Of a stretch of DNA of 64,000 nt, positions 51,983 to 61,090 are shown piece after piece. The notes beneath the pieces are model-generated. The model made no database searches, had not been told where the DNA came from, and saw nothing but the letters and a program-made list of their open reading frames with translations. The stretch spans positions 160,001 to 224,000 of the forward strand of contig CAWGYD010000010.1 of assembly GCA_963826785.1 (NCBI GenBank), read 5' to 3'. A program made the translations under genes and the position numbers. The number at the start of each line of letters is the position of its first letter. The first letter of the stretch is position 1. Source of the stretch: an uncultured delta proteobacterium. GTDB taxonomy: Bacteria; Desulfobacterota; Desulfobacteria; Desulfobacterales; Desulfosalsimonadaceae.

Positions 51983-53185
51983 ATGGCTACAGGAATAAGA
52001 GACAAGGTCGCCATCATCGGCATGGGCTGCACCAAATTCGGGGAACGCTGGGACGTGGGCGCCGAGGAACTCATGGTGGAGGCATATGAGGAATGCCTGG
52101 CCGATGCCGGAATCGAGCAGAACGACATCGGGGCCGCCTGGCTGGGCACCTGCATGGACGAAGTCAATGTGGGTAAAACCGCCATGCCTTTGGCCACCAC
52201 GTTGCGGCTCCCCATGATCCCGGTAACCCGAGTGGAAAATTACTGCGCCACGGGAACCGAAGCCTTCCGGGGGGCCTGCTATGCCGTGGCTTCCGGGGCT
52301 TATGACATCTGCCTGGCCCTGGGCGTGGAGAAGCTGAAAGACACCGGGTACGGCGGCCTTCCCGGGGGCGGCTCCAGTGCCGGAAGCCTGCTGTGGCAGT
52401 GGTGGCCGAACCTCACCGCCCCCGGGTCATTCGCCCAGCTGGCGTCCGCCTATGCGGCCAAGTACAAGGTCAAGGACGCGGACCTCAAGCGGGCCATTGC
52501 CCATATTTCGGTGAAGAGCCACGAAAACGGGTCGCTCAATCCCAAGGCCCACCTGCGCAAGAAGGTCACCGAGGACCAGGTCATGGCCGCCCCCATCATC
52601 GCCCATCCACTGGGTCTGTTCGACTGCTGCGGGGTGAGCGACGGGTCGGCATGCGCCATCGTCACCACCCCGGAAATCGCCCAGAAACTGGGGAAAAAGG
52701 ATTTTGTGACCGTCAAGGCCCTCCAGCTGGCGCTGAGCAGCGGCGAGGAAGTCGGTTTCAACGAGTGGGATGGGGACCATTTCATGACCACCACCAAATG
52801 CAGCCTCAAGGCGTATGAGGAAGCCGGTGTAACCGATCCCAGAAAAGAGATTTCCATGATGGAAGTTCACGACTGTTTTTCCATCACCGAGTTCGTCACT
52901 TACGAGGATCTGCACATTTCTCCCCGGGGGGGCGCCATCAAGGATATCATGAACGGCTTCTATGACCGGGACGGGGGCGTTCCCTGCCAGGTGGACGGCG
53001 GGCTAAAGTGCTTCGGCCATCCCATCGGCGCCTCCGGCCTGCGGATGCTCTATGAGATGTATTTGCAGCTCCACGGCCGGGCGGCCGACCGCCAGATTGA
53101 AAACCCGAAGCTGGGTTTGACCCATAACCTGGGAGGATTTCCGTTCCAGAACATCTGCAGCATCGCCATCATCGGAAAATATTAA
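51983..53185 (+). CDS. Thiolase (SCPx/archaeal type) acetyl-CoA acyltransferase
   Basis: VENYCATG, SDGSAC, EVHDCF, GHPIGASG and THNLGG. Confidence 0.92.
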   Translation: MATGIRDKVAIIGMGCTKFGERWDVGAEELMVEAYEECLADAGIEQNDIGAAWLGTCMDEVNVGKTAMPLATTLRLPMIPVTRVENYCATGTEAFRGACYAVASGAYDICLALGVEKLKDTGYGGLPGGGSSAGSLLWQWWPNLTAPGSFAQLASAYAAKYKVKDADLKRAIAHISVKSHENGSLNPKAHLRKKVTEDQVMAAPIIAHPLGLFDCCGVSDGSACAIVTTPEIAQKLGKKDFVTVKALQLALSSGEEVGFNEWDGDHFMTTTKCSLKAYEEAGVTDPRKEISMMEVHDCFSITEFVTYEDLHISPRGGAIKDIMNGFYDRDGGVPCQVDGGLKCFGHPIGASGLRMLYEMYLQLHGRAADRQIENPKLGLTHNLGGFPFQNICSIAIIGKY

Positions 53186-53188
53186 TCA

Positions 53189-53221
53189 TTGCGATGGGGC
53201 AAAAATTTTGCCCCATCGCAA
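53189..53221. repeat. Near-perfect 33-bp palindrome
   Basis: TTGCGATGGGGCAAAA-A-TTTTGCCCCATCGCAA. Confidence 0.85.
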
Positions 53222-53232
53222 ACCGCAACAAG

Positions 53233-53276
53233 AAAGGGCGCCACGGGTTTTTAGACCCGGCGGCGCCCTTTTTTTT
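53233..53276 (+). terminator. Intrinsic terminator of the thiolase operon
   Basis: AAAGGGCGCC...GGCGCCCTTTTTTTT. Confidence 0.85.
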
Positions 53277-53299
53277 GTCATTTGCATTTACGGAGCGTA

Positions 53300-54214
53300 T
53301 CAGAACCTAAGGGCAAGCCCCCCTTCTATTATATTGCGGTCGTAATCATAGGTGTCCACGTTGGAATGGGTGTGGAAATAGGAATAGCTGGTGTAGACCC
53401 CCACATGGGAGGTGAACTGATACTGCATGTCCACATTAAATGCCAGGAGATCGTCCTCCCGGTCATCGGTGGAGGAAGAAGCGGTTTCATAAAAGTTCAC
53501 CTTCGCATCATAGGCGGTGTGCTGGTAATCAACCGAAAACCGGATTTTGCTCAAGTTGTGAAAAAAGATGATGTAGCCGAATCCGCCGCCAAAGGCGGTC
53601 CCGTCTTCATCCGCCGGGTAGTCATCCCGGTCGTCGATACTGGATGCCAGCCCGTAGAGTGCCACGGCATGGGTGATGTTGGGAAGAAGGTACGTCACGG
53701 TGGGAGTGGCATTATAGCGCACATAATCCGTTTTTTCGTCCTCCAGTACGTAATTATATCCCAGAGGGAGGCTGTAGATGAAGTTGCCCGAGAAATACTG
53801 CGGTTCCACCGACACGGTCTGATCGATGACATTATACTGATCATAATCCTGGTGGAAATCGGCATAAGCGCTGTAATCGACGCGCATGCTGAACTGGTTT
53901 TTCACCGGAAACTGCCAGCCGATATTGCCGCTGGCTTCAAATGCGGAATCTTCTTCCTTGTCATTTACATCACCGGAAGATCCCGCGCCCACCCGGGTAT
54001 CGTAAAGACCGCCAAGCCGCAGGGATGCGGAAAGTGGGCTGGCGTCTGTCCGGGCTTGTTTGACACGGTTTTCCATGCCGGTCTTCCCCACCGGGGAAGT
54101 GCTCCGTGACGGAGCGGAGCAGCCTCAGCCGGCTGCCCATGCGGATGTGTATATGCCCGGCAGTAATGCAAGGCAGATGATGGCGATGAATAATGCGGTA
54201 AACGATGATTTCAC
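53300..54214 (-). CDS. Outer-membrane beta-barrel protein with an in-frame TGA at codon 30 (selenocysteine, nonsense mutation or error)
   Basis: AAGGAG RBS, then GTG at 54214 encoding signal peptide MKSSFTALFIAIICLALLPGIYTSAWA, in frame with ORF 53300-54091 (Tyr/Asp-rich strands, ending GLALRF). TGA at 54127-54125. Confidence 0.75.
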
Positions 54215-54527
54215 GCTGTTCTCCTTTTTCGATGGTTGGCGCATCAAGGGCTGACAAGCAGCGGATTTGCCAAATTTATGCATTGAGGATAATCTTTACC
54301 GGATGCCAATTATCTTTGCAAGAATTTTCCCCGCATCCGGGGATGGTCATTTTAGTAAAACACGGCGCACCGCTACTTCACGACCATATATCAGTATAAT
54401 ACTATAAATTTCAGTTATATAATTGTAAATAAATTTTTTGTTGACGTTTTGTTTTGCGACATGCTAAAAAAACTAAACTGGTTGGCCGACTTATTTTTTT
54501 TTAACCCACCGATGAAGGAGTTTTTCC

Positions 54528-55706
54528 ATGCTTCCTGAATTTTTCGAGTTCTACAATCCCACCAAAGTGGTATACGAGGCCGGTGTATCAACGGATCTGA
54601 AACCGGAACTGGACCTGATCGGCATCCGGAAATATTTCATCATTTCCGATCAGATCATCAACGGCCTGGGACATGTCCAGAAAATCGCGGACGGCCTTAA
54701 AGAAGCGGGATTTGAGGTCACCGGCTATTTTCTGGATGTAAAGCAGGATGCGCGCTTAAATGACGTTCAAGCCTGCGCCGATTTGGTGAAGGCCTCGGGC
54801 GCGGAGGGGATCCTTTCCATCGGCGGCGGCAGTGTCATCGATACGGCCAAGGCGGTCAACATCCTGTTTTCGGTAGGCGGAGACCTTGTGGAAGATTTTT
54901 CCGGCGCCCACACCCTGACCCGGCCCTTGAACCCGCATGTGGTGATCCCCACCACCGCAGGTACGGGCAGTGAAGTCACCATGGCGGCGGTGATCTATGA
55001 CGAGGAGAACAAGGAAAAGCTGGCCTTTCCGGATAAATTCCTCCTGCCGAACCTGGCGGTCCTCGATCCCGAGCTAACCCTCTCTCTTCCTCCGAAGATG
55101 ACGGCGGCCACCGGCATGGACGCGCTCACCCATGCCATCGAGGCATTCGTGGGCAATGACGCCTCCCCCATTTCAGATGCATTTGCCGTCGGGGCGATTG
55201 AACTCATCATGAACAATCTGGTAAAAGCCACCGAACACGGTGATGACATTGAGGCCCGGGGCGCCATGCTCATCGCCTCCACCATGGCCGGGATCGCTTT
55301 TACCCATTCCATGTGCGGCTGCGTCCATGGCATGGCGCATGCGACGGGCGCCCACTACCGTGTTCCCCACGGCGTGGCCAACGGCATCCTGCTTCCCTTC
55401 GGCATGGAATTCAATTTTGAAGAGATAAAACACAAACTCGTCCGGCTGCTGCCTTTCATGGGCGTACCGGCAGAGGCCGGTCTGTCCGAGGATGAAGGGG
55501 CCCGCAAAGTCATCGATGCGGTCAGAAAATTGACCGCCCGCCTGAATCAGCTGGGTGCCCTGCCCCTGCGGCTCAGCGAAGTCGGCGTGCCCGAAGACGG
55601 CCTTATTGAGATTGCCGAAGGCGCGCTAAACGACGGCACTTCTTTTTACAACCCCCGGGAGATGGACGCAGAAGAGCTGCTCCCCTTCATTCAGAAAGCA
55701 TATTAA
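54528..55706 (+). CDS. Iron-containing alcohol dehydrogenase
   Basis: GGGSVIDTAK, PTTAGTGSE, GMDALTHAIE and HGVAN. Confidence 0.95.
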   Translation: MLPEFFEFYNPTKVVYEAGVSTDLKPELDLIGIRKYFIISDQIINGLGHVQKIADGLKEAGFEVTGYFLDVKQDARLNDVQACADLVKASGAEGILSIGGGSVIDTAKAVNILFSVGGDLVEDFSGAHTLTRPLNPHVVIPTTAGTGSEVTMAAVIYDEENKEKLAFPDKFLLPNLAVLDPELTLSLPPKMTAATGMDALTHAIEAFVGNDASPISDAFAVGAIELIMNNLVKATEHGDDIEARGAMLIASTMAGIAFTHSMCGCVHGMAHATGAHYRVPHGVANGILLPFGMEFNFEEIKHKLVRLLPFMGVPAEAGLSEDEGARKVIDAVRKLTARLNQLGALPLRLSEVGVPEDGLIEIAEGALNDGTSFYNPREMDAEELLPFIQKAY

Positions 55707-55807
55707 CGGCAATGCCGCAAAGCCTGGAAAACCTGATTACTTTCATTTAAAATCGTGTTGTCCCCATGTCATCAACGACTGACCTCAAACCAAAGGAGAC
55801 GAAGACC

Positions 55808-56245
55808 ATGGCCACGTTTGAAAGCGCTGAGAAATTGGAAGAAGTTCTGGGGGGATTTTTTCAAAAGATGGCGGAAACACCCGTCATTTCGGATAAACTG
55901 CTCAAGTCGAAATTGATTATCCGTTTTTCCTATACGGATCCGGACCTGGTCGTGGTGGTGGACTGCTCCGGGGACAAGATCGATGTCCGTCCGCGTGATG
56001 CCGAAACCAAAGCCATCGTTGAAATGTCCATGTCTGCGGATATCGCTCACAAGTTCTGGTTCGGCAAGGTCAACCTGACCAAGGCGCTGACCCGGAAAGA
56101 GATGGTCGCAAAGGGGCCGATCCCCAAGGTGTTGAAGCTGCTTCCCGCCATCAAACCTGCCTATGCCATGTACCCGCAGTACCTGGATGCAAGCGGATTT
56201 GGACACTACAATATCTTGAAACCGTTTAGTCCGGCCACGGCATAG
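55808..56245 (+). CDS. Stand-alone SCP2-like lipid carrier protein
   Basis: MSADIAHKFWFGKVNLTKAL...AKGPIPKVLKL; AAGGAG RBS before ATG at 55808. Confidence 0.75.
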   Translation: MATFESAEKLEEVLGGFFQKMAETPVISDKLLKSKLIIRFSYTDPDLVVVVDCSGDKIDVRPRDAETKAIVEMSMSADIAHKFWFGKVNLTKALTRKEMVAKGPIPKVLKLLPAIKPAYAMYPQYLDASGFGHYNILKPFSPATA

Positions 56246-56418
56246 CCCGGGCGCCTAAAAACCAAAAATCGGGTTGCCGGCCCTGACGTGCGGCGGCCCG
56301 TCCGCCTGGCATATTTCAAAGCCAAACGCCAAAAAGCACTGTGCAAAACCGGTGACGGCCTGAGCGCAACCGTTTAGCCGATGCTCTGTTATTAACCTTT
56401 GCTGTTGGAGGAATCACG

Positions 56419-58296
56419 ATGGGAGGCTACGCCGGACAACTCCTCTATATCGACTTGACTTCGAAATCGATTGAGAAAAAACCGCTGGATAAGGATTTTG
56501 CCCGGGAAAATATCGGTGGCCTTGGATTTGGCACCCGTATTTACCTGGACCTGATCAAGGGCCATCCCCATTTCGATGCCCTGTCGCCGGAAAACCCGTT
56601 CGTGCTGATGACCGGCCCCCTGACCGGCATGAAACTCGACGGGGTGGCCCGATGGACCGTCGGGACCAAATCGCCGCAGACCGGATTCTGGGGGGATGCC
56701 AACGTGGGCGGATTCTTCGGCGCCAAGCTCAAGTTTGCAGGCTACGACGGCATCGTGATCACCGGCAAAGCGGACAGTCCCGTCTATATCTATATCAACG
56801 GGGAGACGGTGGAAATTCGGAATGCGGATGCATACTGGGGCATGGACACCTATGAAACCAATGATGCCATGATCGGCCATCTGAAAGACCCGGGCAAACG
56901 CGGAGGGCATGTGCTGTGCATCGGCCCGGCCGGTGAAAAACAGATCCCGTTTGCCGCCATCATCAACAACAAGCGGCACGCGGCCGGCCGCACCGGCATG
57001 GGGGCGGTATGGGGTTCCAAAAACCTCAAGGCCATCTATGCGGACGGCACCCGAAAAATCGGCATTGCCGATCCGGAAAGATTAAAGGAGATCAGGGAAG
57101 AGCTCAAATCGGTGTACGAGGAAAGCATCTTCATCGACGCCATCCGTGCCAGCGGCACGCCGGCCCATATCGATGTGGGAATCATCAGCGGTGACGTTCC
57201 CATCAAAAACTGGCAGGAAAATCAGTGGGACCTCATCGACGAGATCGGTCCCGGGGCCATCGAGGAAAAAATCCATGCCGGCCACAAGACCTGCTACGGT
57301 TGCACGGTGGCCTGCAAAAAAGACGCCGAAGTCAAGAACGGTCCCTTCAAGATGCAAAAGGGCCCTTCCCCCGAGTATGAAACCGTGGCCACTTTCGGTT
57401 CCATGTGCCTCAACAGCGACATCGAATCCATTGCCAAGGCAAATGACATCTGCAACCGATACGGTATGGATACCATCACCTGCGGCTCCACCATCGCTTT
57501 TGCCATCGAATGCTTCGAAAATGGCCTGATCGGCATGAAAGACACGGATGGCATTTCCCTGAACTGGGGCAATGCGGAAGCGATTGTGGCCATGACCGAA
57601 AAAATCGCAAAACGGGAGGGTTTCGGGGCGCTGCTGGCAGAAGGAAGTGCCCGGGCCGCCAAAAAAATCGGTAAAAACGCCGAGGATTTCCTTTCCACGG
57701 TGAAGGGGCTCGAAGCGCCCATGCATGATCCGCGCGGATTCCACGGCTATGGCCTGGCATACGGGGTCTCCCCCCGGGGGGCCTGCCACGAGGCCAGCCT
57801 GGATTTCAACGTGGAAAGCGGCGCCATGTTCATCCCTGAAATCGAGGCGCTCTCTTTGGAATACGAGGAGCATACCAGCGAGGGCCGGGCCGAATTAAAC
57901 ATCGCCTGCCAGGATTTCGGCATGTTTTTTTCCAGCTGCGCGGTTTTCTGCACACTGGGGGGAACCCCCTTGAATGCGACCCAGTCCATCGACATCGTCA
58001 ATGCCGTAACCGGGTTCGACTACACCCTGGAAGAAGTCATCGAAATCGGCAGACGGGTCTGGCTGACCAAGCGGGGGCTGACCAACCTGTTCGGCGCCCG
58101 GGCCGCCGACGACCGCCTGCCCAAGCGGCTGATGAGTGTTCCCCTGGACGGCCCCACCGAGGGGAGCGTCCCGGATATGGAGACAATGCTTTTAGAATTC
58201 TATCAACTGCGGGGGTTCAACGAAGACGGCGTTCCGGAAAGACAAACCCTGGAAGCTGCCGGGCTGTCCGAACTGGCAGACCTGCTGCATCCCTGA
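56419..58296 (+). CDS. Aldehyde:ferredoxin oxidoreductase (W/Mo) family
   Basis: KSPQTG, IGPAGE, GRTGMGAVWGSKNLKA, CYGCTVAC, PEYET, GMDTI and DPR. Confidence 0.95.
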   Translation: MGGYAGQLLYIDLTSKSIEKKPLDKDFARENIGGLGFGTRIYLDLIKGHPHFDALSPENPFVLMTGPLTGMKLDGVARWTVGTKSPQTGFWGDANVGGFFGAKLKFAGYDGIVITGKADSPVYIYINGETVEIRNADAYWGMDTYETNDAMIGHLKDPGKRGGHVLCIGPAGEKQIPFAAIINNKRHAAGRTGMGAVWGSKNLKAIYADGTRKIGIADPERLKEIREELKSVYEESIFIDAIRASGTPAHIDVGIISGDVPIKNWQENQWDLIDEIGPGAIEEKIHAGHKTCYGCTVACKKDAEVKNGPFKMQKGPSPEYETVATFGSMCLNSDIESIAKANDICNRYGMDTITCGSTIAFAIECFENGLIGMKDTDGISLNWGNAEAIVAMTEKIAKREGFGALLAEGSARAAKKIGKNAEDFLSTVKGLEAPMHDPRGFHGYGLAYGVSPRGACHEASLDFNVESGAMFIPEIEALSLEYEEHTSEGRAELNIACQDFGMFFSSCAVFCTLGGTPLNATQSIDIVNAVTGFDYTLEEVIEIGRRVWLTKRGLTNLFGARAADDRLPKRLMSVPLDGPTEGSVPDMETMLLEFYQLRGFNEDGVPERQTLEAAGLSELADLLHP

Positions 58297-58436
58297 GAAG
58301 ATTTCAGTTTGCATTTTATCCTCTCACAATAGGCGCAAAGCGTTCGCAAATCGATCATGCCTTTCCTTGCGCCTTTGTGAGAGCACTTTTCCTATGATAT
58401 TTTCTATCCTGGCAGTGAATATAAGAAAGCGGATCT

Positions 58437-59015
58437 TTGAACGAGTTAAAAAAGCAAGCCAAGCAGGCTGAAAAACGCCAGCAGATCATTGACGCGGCCG
58501 CCCGCCTGATGGTCCGGCAGGGAATCGAAAAAACCAGCCTTTCGGACATTGCAAAAGAAGCCGGCATCAGCAAAGGCAGCCTTTACTACTATTATGCATC
58601 CAAAAATGACCTGATTTTCGACATCACCGAATTTCATATCAACCAGATATCTGCAAACCTTTTTTCCATCATAGAAGAAAGCAAGGGGAACGCCAGCTGG
58701 GAGGATCTGTTAAAGATCCTGTTTGACCGGATACTGGCCGCCGATACCCGGGGGCGGCTGCACCTGTATCTTATTCAGCAGACCCTGAGCGGCAACGGGG
58801 AACTGGCTGGACGGTTTAAAAAGAAATATGAGGAATGGAACCAGACCATCCGGGAGGGATTTGCCAAGATCGAGCCTGAAAACAAAACCCAATCCGTTCT
58901 TTCCTCTCTGATCATCGCCACCCTGGACGGGTTTCTCATTCAATCTCTTCTCGGTATCGACATCCTGCCGTCTGACATCCTGGTCCGTCATTTGAATGTC
59001 AAGATTGACAAATAG
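58437..59015 (+). CDS. TetR/AcrR family regulator
   Basis: TSLSDIAKEAGISKGSLYYYYASK. Confidence 0.92.
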   Translation: MNELKKQAKQAEKRQQIIDAAARLMVRQGIEKTSLSDIAKEAGISKGSLYYYYASKNDLIFDITEFHINQISANLFSIIEESKGNASWEDLLKILFDRILAADTRGRLHLYLIQQTLSGNGELAGRFKKKYEEWNQTIREGFAKIEPENKTQSVLSSLIIATLDGFLIQSLLGIDILPSDILVRHLNVKIDK

Positions 59016-59089
59016 CGGCCTGAAATTGTGCCGCCCGCTCGATTCCATTCGTCACTTCCAAAGGCCAGCCAGACGGATTGACAAAGCGG

Positions 59090-59557
59090 CTATTTCTGGG
59101 TCTTTTCCTCCAGATTCATTGCCTTCATGACTTCCGCGGTAACGTCTTTTCCGCCAATAATCAGCGAATTGGAATCAAATATATAGTCATACCCCTTTTC
59201 ATCGGCAATTTTCTGCAAATCCTTTTTTACTTCCGCGAGGGCTTCCTTCTGCAGCTTTTCACCCTGTTGCTTGGCCTGCTGCTGCATTTGCTCCTGGGCC
59301 GCCATCTGCTTTTCCTCGCTCATGCCTTTCAGTTTTTCCTGCATGCCCTGAATTTGGGTTTCAAAATCCTTCTGAGCTTTCACGAATGCCGGGTGGGCTT
59401 CGAGAATTTTTGCGGTATCGATGGATACGATCGTCAGCTTGCAGGCGTTTTCAGCAAAAAGGGGCCCGGGATGAAATGCCAGCAGGACACCTATGAAAAG
59501 GATTAAAACGGTCCGGGAAAAGATATCGGCCATTCTTGATTTCATTCTGCCATTCAT
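59090..59557 (-). CDS. OmpH/Skp family periplasmic chaperone
   Basis: Signal peptide, IDTAKILEAHP, Gln-rich coiled coil and GYDYIFD...DVT. Confidence 0.85.
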   Translation of the reverse strand: MNGRMKSRMADIFSRTVLILFIGVLLAFHPGPLFAENACKLTIVSIDTAKILEAHPAFVKAQKDFETQIQGMQEKLKGMSEEKQMAAQEQMQQQAKQQGEKLQKEALAEVKKDLQKIADEKGYDYIFDSNSLIIGGKDVTAEVMKAMNLEEKTQK

Positions 59558-59826
59558 ATTGTCGTCCTTCCGAATCAATTGGTTAACACACATAGAAAAC
59601 AACCGTGCAGCCGATGCGCCATGCTTCTATTATCTTAAACATTTCAAAAAGCATCGCAAAGCCGATGGCATAAGCCGGAAACGGGCGTTGCCAACAATGA
59701 TTTCAATTCATCCGGTGATCCGGGAAACCGGCACCGTTTTTTAATCAAACCCGTGCTTTGCAATTGATCTTCCGCATGGAGTCTGTTAATGAATACGGAC
59801 AAATTCGACTCGGAAAGGAACGCCCC

Positions 59827-60159
59827 ATGACCCGAACCACCCTGGAACAAATCGAAGAAAAAATCAGAAATTCGCCCAATATTCCAAATGAGAACAAGCA
59901 GGAATACCTTAATATGCTGAAGGCCTTGAACTCTGAGATCGAGGGATTGAAAATCACAGAGAAAGAAAAGGCGCAGAGCATAAAGGGATTTGCCAAGATT
60001 TCCACCCATGAGGCCACCCGGGAGAAAATCGACCCCAACCTGATGGAAATATCCATAGAAGGCCTTTCGTCCTCGGTTCGGGAACTGGAAGCATCCAATC
60101 CCCGGCTGGTCGGGCTGGTCAATTCATTGTGCGATTTTCTGTCCAAGATCGGCATCTGA
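59827..60159 (+). CDS. DUF4404-like helical protein
   Basis: C-terminus LEASNPRLVGLVNSLCDFLSKIGI. Confidence 0.75.
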   Translation: MTRTTLEQIEEKIRNSPNIPNENKQEYLNMLKALNSEIEGLKITEKEKAQSIKGFAKISTHEATREKIDPNLMEISIEGLSSSVRELEASNPRLVGLVNSLCDFLSKIGI

Positions 60160-60197
60160 ACTCCACTCCGGAATATAACTACAACGGGAATGGAAAA

Positions 60198-61046
60198 ATG
60201 GCCGTGGCAACCCAAAACACCGGCAGTTTTGCGACCGGGGACGGACAGACGATTTTTTTCCGGCATGCCGCCGCGCAGCCCGAGCGGGGCCGAATGGTCC
60301 TGGCCCACGGAATGGGAGAGCACTCTGGCCGCTATGCCCATGTGATCAGCCGGATAACCGGGACCGGCGTGTCCGTGTGGGCACCCGATCACCGGGGACA
60401 TGGCCGGAGTACTGGAAAGCGCGGTCACATCGATTCTTTTGATCAATATATTTCCGATCTGGATCAAATGGTGGCCATCGCCCGAAAGGATATGCCGCCG
60501 GGCCTGCCGTTTTTCATGCTGGGCCACAGCCTGGGCGGACTCATGGCCCTGTCCTGGGCCGAAACCCGCGCCGAAAAAACGGACCGGATCATCGCCTCCT
60601 CCCCCGGATTGCGCCCCGCGGTCAAAGTTCCGCTGATCAAGGGGGCTTTGGGCCGGATCATGTCCAGGATATATCCGTCTCTTACCTTTGACAATGAACT
60701 CGATTCGACTGCTTTGAGTCATGATCCCGATGTGATCTCCGGATACGATCATGACCCGCTGGTGCACCGGCGCATTTCCGCCCGGATGTTTACCGAAATG
60801 ATTTCTGAAATGGAACACACCACCCGCCGGGCCGCCATGATCACAAATCCCCTGCTCATGCAGGTGGCCGGCGCCGACCGACTCGTCGATCCGGCCCTTT
60901 CCGTCTCCTTTTTTGAAGATGTGGCCTCCACCGATAAACGGCTGCATCTCTATGATCCGCTTTTCCATGAAATCTATAATGAATCAGCTGCGGACCGGGC
61001 AGAAGTGCTAAATGATCTTCAAAACTGGATCTCCGGGCACATGTAA
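60198..61046 (+). CDS. Alpha/beta hydrolase, lysophospholipase/monoacylglycerol lipase family
   Basis: HGMGEHSGRY, DHRGHG, GHSLGG and HEIYNE. Confidence 0.92.
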   Translation: MAVATQNTGSFATGDGQTIFFRHAAAQPERGRMVLAHGMGEHSGRYAHVISRITGTGVSVWAPDHRGHGRSTGKRGHIDSFDQYISDLDQMVAIARKDMPPGLPFFMLGHSLGGLMALSWAETRAEKTDRIIASSPGLRPAVKVPLIKGALGRIMSRIYPSLTFDNELDSTALSHDPDVISGYDHDPLVHRRISARMFTEMISEMEHTTRRAAMITNPLLMQVAGADRLVDPALSVSFFEDVASTDKRLHLYDPLFHEIYNESAADRAEVLNDLQNWISGHM

Positions 61047-61090
61047 CCGGTGGCGTGAAGGATATGATGCGGCAGAGGTTGATATAAGCG

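Noticed and set aside
56238..56380. c-di-GMP-I riboswitch suggested by CCTAA, GGTTGCC and GCAAA fragments
   Set aside because: The elements are out of order and the conserved two-stem layout cannot be built.
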